Notes: generated by a model from the sequence alone, not told the origin. A stretch of 63,907 nucleotides of DNA, filler included, from Pelomyxa schiedti (GCA_020536535.1; 16 parts of 16 records of this genome joined end to end with filler, not necessarily neighbours in it); one strand, 5' to 3'. Positions 12,915-27,734 are shown, counted from the whole stretch's first letter. Numbers and translations are program-made.

Positions 12915-13592
12915 ATGAGCCGAGATAGCGCCCCCTTCACAATCAAGGCGCCGGAAGACACGCCCTCATCGCCCCGTGCAGACGCGTCGTCGACCGAGGA
13001 ATTCCCCATGCTTTTGCCGTCGCTCACAGACCAGCAGCCACCTCCGCCGCCGCAACCACAGCTACAAGCGCAGCCTTCGCGCCCTCCCTCCGCAATCACG
13101 CATCCGCGCGCTCCCGCGCCTCCTGCTCCATCAGTTGCTCCTCGGGGTAGTGCTACTCGCCAACGTATCGTCGACGCCCCTGCTGCACCGCCTTCCACTG
13201 CCGCCGCGTCCACGTCGTCGTCGGCGTCCTCGCCACCCACGACCACCTCCTCCTCCTCTCACATTTCTACTTCAAGTTCCGCTCGTCGTGGGGCTGACGT
13301 GGGGGCTTTGATTTGGGAGCCAGAGTGGATCAGTTCCAAGAAGAAGAAGAACAAGAACAAGAACAAGAACAATAACAAGAACCACGACCACGGAGGAGGG
13401 CACTCGGCTGCGGCGTCGCAGCCTCTGCCCCCCATCGTTATATCGGCGCTGCCGGCCGACGCACCTGTGCCTGTCTAACCACTGGCCAGTTCCATCTCAT
13501 TAAGAGCTGCTTGGCACCCAATCCCGCAGATGTTAGTATTCCTTTTCCTCTTTTCTTGACTTCTCATTTCCCTCAGAGGCCTCCCATGGAAG
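12915..13592 (+). CDS. Hypothetical Pro/Ser-rich protein with (KN)n tract, truncated
   Basis: GC-rich ORF to 13478 followed by intron-like blocks up to the contig end. Confidence 0.4.
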
Positions 13593-13745
13593 NNNNNNNN
13601 NNNNNNNNNNNNNNNNNNNNNNNNNNNNNNNNNNNNTTAATTAATTAANNNNNNNNNNNNNNNNNNNNNNNNNNNNNNNNNNNNNNNNNNNNCTAGGGTC
13701 AGTTACTTTGCAAAGTATTCTTATTCCAATGCTTCCCTGTTTCTT

Positions 13746-14827
13746 GTGACTCCCGACGGCCCTGAGGACGGTGTGTGCGTTGCATCTGACTTGCAAACAC
13801 CTTGCCCTTATGGCGTCAATCTAAGGTGGCTTGTTGCGTGTGAGCTCAAAGATGGCTCCAGTCGGTCTTGTGTTCTGAGAACAACTGATCTGCAGGCACT
13901 GCAAGGCCAGCAGCAGCAGGAGCACCTGAAAGGTAATTGTGGGCTGTCTGCGAGAGGCACCACCCCAGTCAGAACACCGATTGTCATCCCATCATTTACG
14001 AATGTAGGCTTTTCAGGGATCAATAAACTTGTGATGAGCAGCACCAACCCTGACGAAGCCCTTCTGTGGAGTTTTGTTGAGAGAAGAGGATCTTTCGCCC
14101 TCATTGACGTTGCTCAGACTCACGCGACCAACACACTTGCCGTTTTATGCACCACGCAGAGTGTTTTCCCTCTGTGGGTGACTTCCACCGACGTTACCAT
14201 CCATAGAAAGGCAAGTGGTGAAGTTGTCTACATTGTTGCTGTGCACTTGCCATTCAAGGGCNNNNNNNNNNNNNNNNNNNNNNNNNNNNNNNNNNNNNNN
14301 NNNNNNNNNNNNNNNNNNNNNNNNNNNNNNNNNNNNNNNNNNNNNNNNNNNNNNNNNNNNNCGTTTTATGCACCACGCAGAGTGTTTTCCCTCTGTGGGT
14401 GACTTCCACCGACGTTACCATCCATAGAAAGGCAAGTGGTGAAGTTGTCTACATTGTTGCTGTGCACTTGCCATTCAAGGGCAAGAATAGTCTCTTCAAG
14501 GTCGAATCGACCACTGGCACAGTGACCCAGATTGTATCAGAGTGCAAGCACCACTCTCGAGTGAGCTCGTCGCTGTTCTGTGTGGGCGTTGGAGACGAAT
14601 ACCAACTGTGGGACTGCAACAACACAGAGCATGCACTGAGGTCAGTGTGCATAACCGGTGAGGGTGACAGTGACATCAAGCAAGTTGTTGGTGGGAGTGG
14701 TTTCCTGTTTGTGCTCAGGGGTGGAAACATGGTCAGTGTGATTGAGGCATTATCCGGCACCCCTGTTCTCACGTTTGAAGTCTCCTGCACTCTTTCCGCG
14801 ATAGACACCAAGGCCTCATTGTTGTGA
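13746..14827 (+). CDS. C-terminal part of a QF-HxRCG family protein (paralog of 14940-15974)
   Basis: NPDEALL, ALIDVAQTH, VSSSLFCV, LWDCNN and VVGGSGFLFV match the neighbouring gene; the overlap across the 100-N gap is an assembly duplication. Confidence 0.7.
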
Positions 14828-14939
14828 AAAAGCCCCCTCCACCCACCTCCAGGCTGAAGTAAAAACAATTTGTTTGTTGAGGACGACGAGGGTGGGATGG
14901 AGTTTGTCGCGTGACGAAGCAGAAAAAGAAGAAAGGTTG

Positions 14940-15974
14940 TTAGTGGGAAGAAATGACCATAATGTGAGTGCCAAATGCCGGTTCGATTGACATGAGAACG
15001 GAACCAGAGAGCGCCTCCATCACCTGTATCTCCTTGTCACTCACTGCAAACAAGAACCCAGAGCCCCCAACAACGTGCTTCAGGCAAAGCCCCTCGGAGG
15101 TGCTTCTCACGGTCCACAGAGGTTGAGCACTGTTGTTGCAGTCCCACAGGTTGCAGGACTTGGTGCCGCAGTGCCATGTGCAGAACACAGAGGCACTCAC
15201 TTGTGAGAGGCTTGGCCATGTGCATTCTGAGGAAATGTGAGATTTCACTCCCGTGGAAGCTTCGACGAGATTGATTTCATTGCTCTTGCTGTGAGTGGCA
15301 AACACGGGATCACCACCGCTCTTCCTCAGGATCAGTGGAGCACACACAGGGTTCAGTCCCTCGGGAAAGTTCAACTTGGTGACACTGAGAACTTGGAGGA
15401 TCTGGGTGCTGTGCGAAAGTGGCACATCCACGAGGATGAAGCAGGCAGTACCGTCTCCATCATCAGAGCGACTCTGCAACAATGCCTCATCAGGGTCCAC
15501 CTTGTTGAGCACCGCCCTGCCAAGCCTTGGAAACCAAGTCGGCAACTGAACAGCAACAGTTGTTCCAGCCACCACCACCACCACACCACCAGCTCCGCAG
15601 CACGCCTCGGAGAAACGGACGGGTGCCAGGACGAACCAGCGGGCCGGGGCGACGACTGCGGCGGCCCACAGGTGGCGCATGAGCGGGGAGACGGCCGCGA
15701 GGTGCCGGGCGGGGCTGGCAGCGCCGCACCGGGGGTGCGACGACGCGAGGAGCGCCGCAAACTGGTCCTGGCAGGTGGCGCGGATCTGGGTCCTCGTTAG
15801 TGTAGGCTGCTGTTGTTGTGCCCGCTGTTGGAGAATGGTGTTATGTTCTTGCATCTTGCAAATTGGTTGGTTGTGGCACTGCGTTGCAACATTGCCAGGA
15901 CTTCGTGTAAGACAAACAAGATACATACTGCTTTGAAAAAGAAGAAAAACAAGTCTGATGTGGTTGATTTTCAC
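14940..15974 (-). CDS. QF-HxRCG family protein, tail-to-tail with its paralog; probable internal deletion
   Basis: QDQFAALLASSHPRCGAASPARHL at the N-terminus; DPDEALL, ILVDVPLSH, LWDCNN and VVGGSGFLFA at the C-terminus. Confidence 0.8.
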   Translation of the reverse strand: MKINHIRLVFLLFQSSMYLVCLTRSPGNVATQCHNQPICKMQEHNTILQQRAQQQQPTLTRTQIRATCQDQFAALLASSHPRCGAASPARHLAAVSPLMRHLWAAAVVAPARWFVLAPVRFSEACCGAGGVVVVVAGTTVAVQLPTWFPRLGRAVLNKVDPDEALLQSRSDDGDGTACFILVDVPLSHSTQILQVLSVTKLNFPEGLNPVCAPLILRKSGGDPVFATHSKSNEINLVEASTGVKSHISSECTWPSLSQVSASVFCTWHCGTKSCNLWDCNNSAQPLWTVRSTSEGLCLKHVVGGSGFLFAVSDKEIQVMEALSGSVLMSIEPAFGTHIMVISSH

Positions 15975-16088
15975 AAGTGATGATTGAGGATTCTTCTGGG
16001 TTTATGATGCACTGTGTGAGTGAGATCTCACCACCCACCAACAACCGAGCCATCACCCCAAACACCCACACATTATCCATTCACAGGA

Positions 16089-18089
16089 AATTACAAATGA
16101 ATTTTGCCCTTGACGAAGGAGCGACAAGCAGGGCACTTCTTCATGACTGCTGCACACTGTGTGTTGGGTCAGGTGGGGAAAAAAGAGTGCCACAAGGCTG
16201 CAACTGCATGTCTGGTGGCCTCTCTTCACATTCCATGCAAACTGATGATGAAAGCGAGGCTGTCAACCCAGGGGATGATAAAGAAGATGCTGTGGCAGTG
16301 CATCCTGGAAGGGTCATTCCTGTTTCTGTCATTGATGACCTTGGTTGTTGTTGGCTGGTATTGCCGTGGTGAGAACCAGATGATGAAAAAGAGGCAGATG
16401 ATGTTGCCTTAGAAAGGCTCAACTCCACAATGGCTTGGTGGGCCTCAGGGAGCAACTCAGAGAGCAGTGACCACACCCCAGGCATCCCAATGAACCGCTC
16501 ATCACCCTCCAACCCTCGCTGAAGCATCCATTTGCTCTTGTGGTCCCTCCTCAGCTCTGAACATTCTCTCTGTGTTTCCTCGATTGCCTTGTGGAGTGTG
16601 ATTCCAAGTGTTTCCTGCTCTGACAGCTCCTTTGACAGCACCGTGTGTTTGTCAGCAAGCTTTGCAGTCATCGAATCTGCATGACTGGAGCTGTGCCAGT
16701 GTGTCTGTTAGTGTGCACAGCGCCTGAAACGGTGGTGTGAATTGGCCACCATCTTGTTGTGGTTTGAGAGGCACAATCAAATGCTCCAGGAGTCTCTCGT
16801 CAACTGGTTCACATTCTGTTTTCTTTTTTTATTTGAAACAGGTTTGGGAATTGTTACCTTCTGCGACTGTGATGGCGTTCTTCTCTGCCATCAAACCCTT
16901 CATTCCCCACAGCTTTGTCAATGATGAGATGTTCCTGGAGCACTCCTGAATCTCTGCTTCACTGTTCCGAACTGTCAGGTTTTTACCAAGGATCTTCTTG
17001 CAGGCTGCATCTGATTCGTTGAGTTTCCTCACAAGTGTGCCCTTCATGTCTGAGAGTCTCTGCAGGTGAGATGCCAGTTCCTCATTGCGTTTGGTGGTTC
17101 CTTGAAGGCTTATGCTCAGCTTTTCCAGTGACTCCTGAAGCAAGATGAACTGTGGTGATGATTTCTGCAACTGAGTCTGGAAGAGTGTGGCCAATCTGAA
17201 AGCCTCATTCAATTCAGGCAATTGCGTTGTTTGTCCCATTGAATTGGACTCTTCTCGTTGTTCTTGCACTTGTTTCAGCTTTGTATTCATCTGGTTGAGC
17301 TTCTCGGCGTGCTGCTGGTTGAGTATCTTGGTTGCTTGCTTGAAAAAATAAAGGTGTCAGTGAGAGTGAGCAACTGATCACGGTGGGAGTAACTACAAAC
17401 AAACAAACGCACCTCCCACTCTTTTGTAGCTGCATTGTGTTTTGCCTCCATGTGAATTTTTTCTCTTGTGTGTTCTGCCTTCAGTTTCTGTTTTGTTTGT
17501 GTGTCAATTGACTTTGTCAAAAGACTAACACACAGACCTCACACTCGTTTCTGGCAGCTTTCAGTTCTGCATTGAATTTTACCTCCAGTTCACTTGTCTC
17601 TTTTATGTGCTCTTTCCTCATGCTCTATTTTGCGGTGTCTGTTGGAATTTCAAAAACCCCACCCCAAAGATGAGAGACAACAAACTTGGTGATGTTGCTC
17701 AAGTTGAGTCAATGACAATGCCAATGATGACAACTTTGAGTCCAGTTCAGTTTGTACTTGGCCTTAAAGATGGGTATGTTATCATTTTTTTAAATGTTCA
17801 AGTTGAAATATCATCCTTACTTCCACTTGTTGGTGTGTACTCTTCAGCAGCCACAGCTCGTATTTGTAGTGCCCACCCATTGTGTTGTCCACTTGTGCCT
17901 GGCTCTCCTTGTCGACTGTGCCACCATGCGCCACAAGCATCTGTGCCACCTCCATGTGGCCACCCATCAGAGCTACAGCCGTTGATGTAGATGGTGGAAT
18001 TGCGCGAGGATGTCGCGGGCGGCCTCGGCGTCGCCACCACGAACAGCCTCCAACAGCCGTGCCTCTGTCGGTTTCGTGCCAGAAGACAT
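16089..18089 (-). pseudogene. Ankyrin + coiled-coil + C-terminal RING protein, frame-disrupted
   Basis: LLEAVRGGDAEAARDIL and ALMGGHMEVAQMLVAHG lie in different frames; coiled-coil exons 16141-17520; RING halves CMECEERPPDMQLQPCG and CAAVMKKCPACR are out of frame. Confidence 0.55.
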
Positions 18090-18091
18090 TT

Positions 18092-18136
18092 GGCTGAATA
18101 AAAAAAATTCCAGACCGCCGATCCTGAGCGACGATA
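18092..18136 (+). mobile_element. Half copy of the 89-bp MITE
   Basis: GGCTGAATAAAAAAAATTCCAGACCGCCGATCCTGAGCGACGATA matches 22503-22547; flanked by ATTT, which overlaps the ATG of the ankyrin gene on the minus strand. Confidence 0.85.
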
Positions 18137-18891
18137 CACCGGGGGGGCGAGTCAAATGAGAAAAACAGAATTTTTTGGTGAGCAAGGCAGGGTGAAGCGG
18201 CCCGATTTTGCCGGGATTTGTTGATGTTGTGTGCCGCGGGGCGGTTGGCGCGGCGCCGCGGCGGCAGCGCGGCTCGTGTGTGTTCGTTGAATCGGGTCTC
18301 GCCGCGGCTGCGCGGCCTTGACATAAATGGGTTTTGGTGATTGTTCAGTGGCTTGTGTCTTTTGATTATCTAGCTAGAACCACAAAAAAAATCGACGAGG
18401 GGAGGCCATGCCACCAGGTGGGGTGAAGAGGAACAAGCAGTGGACAAGCAGTACCCATTTGCTTACTTCTTCGCCACAACTTGTTATTATTTTCTTTATC
18501 GGAGTGTTTTTGATTTTATTATAATAACGAATTTATTTTTAAATAATTATAAATGTATTAACTTCTTTCTTATTAATTAAATTATTAATTAATAATTAAA
18601 TTTAAAATTATTAAATAATTTTAATTACGCCTCCAGTTCTTTTTTCCATTCAACCTATATTAGAAGTCTACGCATTACACCAGTATTTACGGCAACTTTC
18701 CACCAGTATGTAGCTTCTTCTTTCTTCGTTTTCTCACTTAGGATAATTTAGGTGCCGGACGTGGTGTCTGTAATCCCAGCTGGCTAGGTAANNNNNNNNN
18801 NNNNNNNNNNNNNNNNNNNNNNNNNNNNNNNNNNNTTAATTAATTAANNNNNNNNNNNNNNNNNNNNNNNNNNNNNNNNNNNNNNNNNNNN

Positions 18892-19585
18892 AGATTGTAA
18901 CACTCCGCACCGACTTTATTTCTTATTTTAATTGGAGTCTAAGTGGGATACAGCGAGCCAGGAGAGGTACAGAATGATAGAACCGAGGTTGCTTAATCTG
19001 TCTCGCGTTTTACCTTACCATCCCAAAGCTACTACAGAGGGGCACATGCAGCAGTAGTAGCTGTATGAAAATGTATTTACGCTTTCATGTTTTACTGAGG
19101 AGTTCCATTAGTTCGATGTCACAAATGATATATCATTTGATGGAGCGTCATGTTGGCTCAAGGGCAAGTAACAACAAAGTAATTTCACTAACAGTGAAGC
19201 TTTCACTTTCACAGCTGTGCAGCAAGAATCTGAAAATGATAGTCTTAGTGAGCTTAAATATGCTCAATTGCTTCTAACTTTTTCCCCCCTTTACCCCCAG
19301 TTGTTGCTATTGTTGCTAATAAAGTAGACTTGCCTGGTCGGGTTATTTCAACAGATCATGCTCTCAAATTCGTTAATTCATTACCGCAAAAGCCAATGTA
19401 TTTTGAGACGTCTGCCAAGACCGGCCAAGGTAATTCCACACAGTATCTTGTATAATTTACACAAACGATTACATAGGAGTTTCTGCTGTATACGAAGCGA
19501 TAGCCAGTGCAATCCTTGAAAGAAAACAACAACACTCCTCCAACCTGTAGCAAGAAGAAACTGGTTCCAAAACATTGCCCTCTAA
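18892..19585 (+). CDS. Divergent Rab-like small GTPase, 5' truncated
   Basis: Spliced: [58 protein letters not shown]; includes GC-AG intron 19164-19214. Confidence 0.85.
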
Positions 19586-19697
19586 CAACAAAATAACTAC
19601 TGACTGTGCACTCTCAGCGCACACGTCCCTGTCTGTCGTGTTATCTGTTGTCTGTTATCTGTTGGCTTTTTAATTTTAAAAGAGCCGCCCGGCGGAC

Positions 19698-20620
19698 ATG
19701 ACAGACGAAGAGGAGGGGGTCAAAGTGACACTGATGAGTGACGTCGGCGGTGCCGTAGGTGACAAAAGCAACAGCAGTAGTGACTACAACAACGCGGTGG
19801 TAGTGGCGGCACCCCAAGAGGGTAAACAACAACAACAACAACAAGTGACTACCCGAGGTCCCTTGGCCACGGCCACGGCCACCACGCCACTGTTGGCCAA
19901 GTTGGTGATGGCGGGAGTGTTGGCGTGCCTTGCAGTCGCTGTACTGTATGAGTTTATTTGGGTGACTTATTACAGTGTCTACGTAGCGAGGGAAAAAAGG
20001 TTAGTTATCACCTAATAACCATGCTTGTTGTGTGTTGACCTTGACTTTTGTCTTTTTGTTAAAATGTCTTGGTGCAGCAAGCGGCGGCGGCGGTGGCGAG
20101 AATTGGGTGTATTTTTTTACTGAATTTGTATTAATGATGTATTTGGATTGGTGTGGCACAACAACAAGTTTAGGGCAGAATACTGTGCAAGTTAATGCAA
20201 CCATCACGGGTGTGGAGTGGGAAGAAACTTTTTTTTGGTACCACAGAACCAAAGTTCATCTCGTTTATCAAGGATCAAGTATGGTACATATACCTTGTCG
20301 TAATTACTACTCTAACGAATTATTATTAGTTGAACTGATTAGTAGTAGCTATTGCTGTGACACCAAGTCATGTGCAACAACATGCGGACAAATTCCTCGC
20401 AGTTTGTATAACTGGGCGTCGTACTTGATGTCCATCAACAGCACAATTACTGCATGGTTCTATGAAACATGTTTCAAGTGTCTTCAAACTTAACTTCCCT
20501 ACTTAGGTACAGTGTTGAGGATTCTCCACAGTCAGAGTCCAATGTTTTTTTTTCTTTCTCTTGATCCCATCCATTGTCCTTACATTCGAAAGGTGTATTG
20601 CATTGAAGACTCTGACATTC
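19698..20620 (+). CDS. Hypothetical membrane protein with Cys-rich extracellular part
   Basis: Hydrophobic segment LVMAGVLACLAVAVLYEFIWVTYY followed by spliced Cys-containing exons; 3' end approximate. Confidence 0.45.
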
Positions 20621-20850
20621 CAGGACCTTGGATGGCGCAACTTGTAAGCAGTGCCATTTATGAGTTCATATTCCTTGCAGGTAACTACTAGTAGTTTGAA
20701 AACCCAAATCCACATGCGGAATTTATTTTAACTACTTCTACATATATATANNNNNNNNNNNNNNNNNNNNNNNNNNNNNNNNNNNNNNNNNNNNTTAATT
20801 AATTAANNNNNNNNNNNNNNNNNNNNNNNNNNNNNNNNNNNNNNNNNNNN

Positions 20851-22358
<1,508 letters not shown>

Positions 22359-22502
22359 TTATGTTTTTTTTCCTTGATTGAGCGTAGCTTTGACAAGCCA
22401 TACCAATTGGACAATTAGCAATCTGGGAGCAATTGCCCCAGTCTGAACCTCAGGGAATCGAAAAAAACACACTTCACCAGGAATAGGCACCCAACTCCAG
22501 TT

Positions 22503-22591
22503 GGCTGAATAAAAAAAACACCAGACCGCCGATCCTGAGCGACGATAACGAAAAGTACAGCGTTCCGGTCTGTTGATTATTTTATTCAGCC
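22503..22591 (+). mobile_element. Complete 89-bp MITE, 26-bp imperfect TIRs, AGTT target-site duplication
   Basis: GGCTGAATAAAA...TTTTATTCAGCC flanked by AGTT at 22499-22502 and 22592-22595. Confidence 0.9.
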
Positions 22592-23143
22592 AGTTGGCTC
22601 CTCCAGGAGCAAACATAAATTAGAAGAACTAGCATCTGGAAAACCGAGGGTCAAGATGAACATGGAGATGTCAATGGGGTTTACAAAAGTGGGAGCACAG
22701 TCGTGTGCCACAAATGGCGAAAGGTGTTGAAAGAGGGTGGAAACAACTTGCAGTGCTCCAAATGGAAATTGAGAAGCCACAAAAAAACCCCTCGACCCAA
22801 CAGAAACCAAAAGGAAAAAACCGTCAAGAAGATGCTGCGCCGAACTAATATTGGTGAGGCTACGACTGCCAAGGGAGGCAAAGGCGAAGACTCAGTTGTG
22901 GGATGCGATGCCAACTTGTTGTTGGCTGTGACTGACTTCAAATCTGGGACCACGTTCCTCGTCACTCAGTTGCCCAAAAATGACGTCTGCATCCCATCCC
23001 ATAATTCCTTTTTTCCCTCTTAGTAGTTCTTCTTTGTTTTGGANNNNNNNNNNNNNNNNNNNNNNNNNNNNNNNNNNNNNNNNNNNNTTAATTAATTAAN
23101 NNNNNNNNNNNNNNNNNNNNNNNNNNNNNNNNNNNNNNNNNNN

Positions 23144-23400
23144 TGAATTGGGTGCTGAATCACGTTGTGTAGTGAGAGTGGATGCTGAACCACGTTTTGT
23201 TTGTGTGATGCTTGTGGGTGCTGAATCACGTTGTGTTATGATGGTGGATGCTGAACCACGTTTTTGTTGTGTGATGCCAGTGGGTGCTGAATCACGTTGT
23301 GCAATGAGAGTGGGTGCTAATCAAGTTTTGTTTTTGTGATGCTTGTGGGTGCTGAATCATGTTGTGTTATGATGGTGGATGCTGAATCACGTTTTGTGGG
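23144..23400. repeat. Minisatellite, ~27-33 bp units with core GTGG(A/G)TGCTGAA(T/C)CACGTT
   Basis: About nine imperfect tandem units at a contig start. Confidence 0.85.
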
Positions 23401-24571
23401 TGTAAGTGTGGAAATGGTGATGCTGGTCATGCTGCTGAGGGCGGAAATTTGCTGATACTGTTTGTTGCTTGCAGGTACTTCCTCCCACCACTTTGTTTTT
23501 ATTTAATAGTGTTTTATTACTGCACCCTGATTCCAAAGTGTGTGCAAGTTCCCCAATTTGGATGGGATCGGGGAGATTTAACACAATTTGTATGCACATT
23601 GTAGAGCTGAATTTGTACCCAAATTGGTACTTGAAACCCAAAGTGGGGATCTCTCCATCCCACTAAGTCCGACTCAGAAGTCGATTAGCTCCGACTGGGA
23701 AGGGACCAACGCCCCCAGGATTAATTAACTGAGTTGATTGTTGAGACACTTGTCTCCTCTCAGTTGGTGCCGACTGCAGCAAGATGATATGACTTGGTGC
23801 TGAGAGTGTGGATTTTCAGGGAACATGTTGTTTCTGTATCTTCGTTTCCAGTTGCAAAGAAGAACAAATAAAATTTAATGCCGTTTGGTTGCGGGGCCGG
23901 TGTGGTGCGTGTCACGCGGGTGGGTGACTGGTGGTGCGACAGACCGTCGCATTTTGGTGCCATGTCAGAACGTTCTGTTGTTCGGTATCGGGTTTTTTTT
24001 TCGTGATGTTTTCTTTGTTTGTTTATAATTTTATTGTGTTTTGTCCAGTCTTTTGTTGTTGTTTCTCGGTTTTTTTCCCGAACTGTTGAGGCAACACTTC
24101 AATCAGTTCTTTTTGTTTTGCTTTGTTTTTCGTGTTTGTTTTATTTCGTTTTCGTTTAGCTTAGTCTTCTTTCTGTTTTTGTTCTTGTTCTCACAACAAC
24201 ACAGGTCATTGAAGATTCCATGACGNNNNNNNNNNNNNNNNNNNNNNNNNNNNNNNNNNNNNNNNNNNNTTAATTAATTAANNNNNNNNNNNNNNNNNNN
24301 NNNNNNNNNNNNNNNNNNNNNNNNNGAGTTCATCACTGGAAACAACCCATTCCACGTGGACTTCTCACAACCAAACCCAATCCTCAAATTTGTCGGCTGG
24401 GCCAACAACACATTCTCCCAAACTCAATTCTTCTGAACCAACTCAGATCCTCACAAACGAGCTGCTACGCAATCACCCTGTTTATAGAGCACCTCCAACT
24501 CTCCCCCATGACCAGCAGGAAATGATTTGGGAATATTTAAAGAGATATATATATTGAAATTAAAAAAAGGT

Positions 24572-24806
24572 TAGGTCAACCTGTGGGCCGGCACCACTAG
24601 AGCAATTAAAATCTGTAAACGAGGGGGCCTTCAAATCAGATGACCTGGTGCAGTTTTCAACTTGCTTTACCAGCTTCGGCCAAGCAGGCAGTTTGACAGT
24701 GCCGAAGAATTGACCTCCTGGTGGAGCACAATCCTCCCCTGCAGATTCTGGACATTCTCCATTGTGTGCCAACCTCAGCACGGCTCACCAAATCCCCCAA
24801 TCCCTT
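24572..24806 (+). mobile_element. Degenerate fragment of the RLE-type non-LTR retrotransposon also seen at 54873-55380
   Basis: GAATTGACCTCCTGGTGGAG..CAGATTCTGGACAT..CCATTGTGTGCC..CCAAATCCCC matches the reverse complement of ~55225-55380. Confidence 0.7.
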
Positions 24807-24819
24807 TGTTTCGAAAAGA

Positions 24820-26319
<1,500 letters not shown>

Positions 26320-26442
26320 CTTACCAACAACCTGTCTTGTAGTTCACTACCCAATGAAAAAGAAACTGGGCTTCTGATAAGCTCAGTACTAAAAATACAA
26401 TTACACTTTGGTTCTTTCCTCTTTATCGTCCTGCTGGTGTGT

Positions 26443-27093
26443 TCATGAGCAATGAAGAAATGCAATGCACTTCTGTGTGAAGGCATCACGGATCTCGGCA
26501 GTCACCTCTGCTCCAGGCGCAGTAGTAATTCTTTCCACAGGGACGATGTTGATTCCTTTCAATGAAATTGATCCAGGGTCACCACCTCCACAGGTCCATG
26601 ATGATGGCTGACTCAGATGCGAAGCACAGTAAACTTCCCAAGCTGGTGGGAGGAGCCCTCTCTTCCTTGTCTGAACATCAGACAAGCAGGCAACAATGTG
26701 TGAACCAGGTGGAACAGAATAAATGCCAGCATAGTTATCATACAGGAATGTGTGCACCTCACCAGAGTTGATGTTGTAAACATTGAAGTTGTTGGCAGTT
26801 GTGTCATTGTGAAGAGTGAGGATTGTGTCTGGTGATTCCCAAGCCAACCCAAGTGGATAAGAGCATGGGAGAAGGACACGCTTCTTGCTCTCAACAGTGA
26901 TTCCAGCTTCAATGCTCCTTTCAAGGTCGACAAACGAAACAGCTGCTGCATTCAATTCACCCCCACCCTTTGCACATTCACCACCACCAACAAAAACAAG
27001 CTCATCACTGCAATTGTTGAACCTGGAGAAACCAACCGCTTTCCCATTGAGTGGAACACACAACTTCACCCCCACCCCACACCAAGGAATCAA
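26443..27093 (-). pseudogene. 5'-truncated inverted paralog of the 24820 gene
   Basis: Highly similar to 25630-26260 with substitutions and in-frame indels; lacks the N-terminal module. Confidence 0.75.
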
Positions 27094-27734
27094 TCAAGGG
27101 CAGACCCCCACTGCGATTGATTTGTGTGTAACATAAAACAATACCTTATGAGCGAACTGCACCGAAGCTCTGCTCTTTGAGATTGGGCCCAATTTTTTTT
27201 TCNNNNNNNNNNNNNNNNNNNNNNNNNNNNNNNNNNNNNNNNNNNNTTAATTAATTAANNNNNNNNNNNNNNNNNNNNNNNNNNNNNNNNNNNNNNNNNN
27301 NNCTCACAGGATTGTTTGTTTCATTCACATCCCACACTCCATGACAAAACAGCGGGATGTGCCGCCACACTCGTTCTGTTAGTGGAATGCAAACCAGGAG
27401 CCGCAAAGAAAGCCGTCATATCTCTTTGAGTTGGATAGCACCATTTGACCGTTCGGGGAAAATCAAGTTTTCTTGTGAACAGCAGGGTTCTGGCCACATC
27501 AGTGGGGCCCCTTGGGCAATGCTCAACAACACCCAACAACACAACCACACACCCATGGGCAAGCAGGCACTGTTGGTGAGATATCGAAAAAAAAATTTAA
27601 ATTTCTCAGTCTTTTTTGACGGTAAAATTGTGCTCTCCAACTCAAAGAGATATCTGCGAAGGTGGCGGCAAGTCATCCAATCTTGGAACAGTTGGAATAA
27701 TTGGTCTTTGTTGCCACACACAAACTGAGGCCTG

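Noticed and set aside
14142-14481. Direct repeats flanking 100-N gaps (also ~56907-57246 and ~63023-63363)
   Set aside because: Exact ~120-bp overlaps either side of scaffold gaps are unmerged contig ends.
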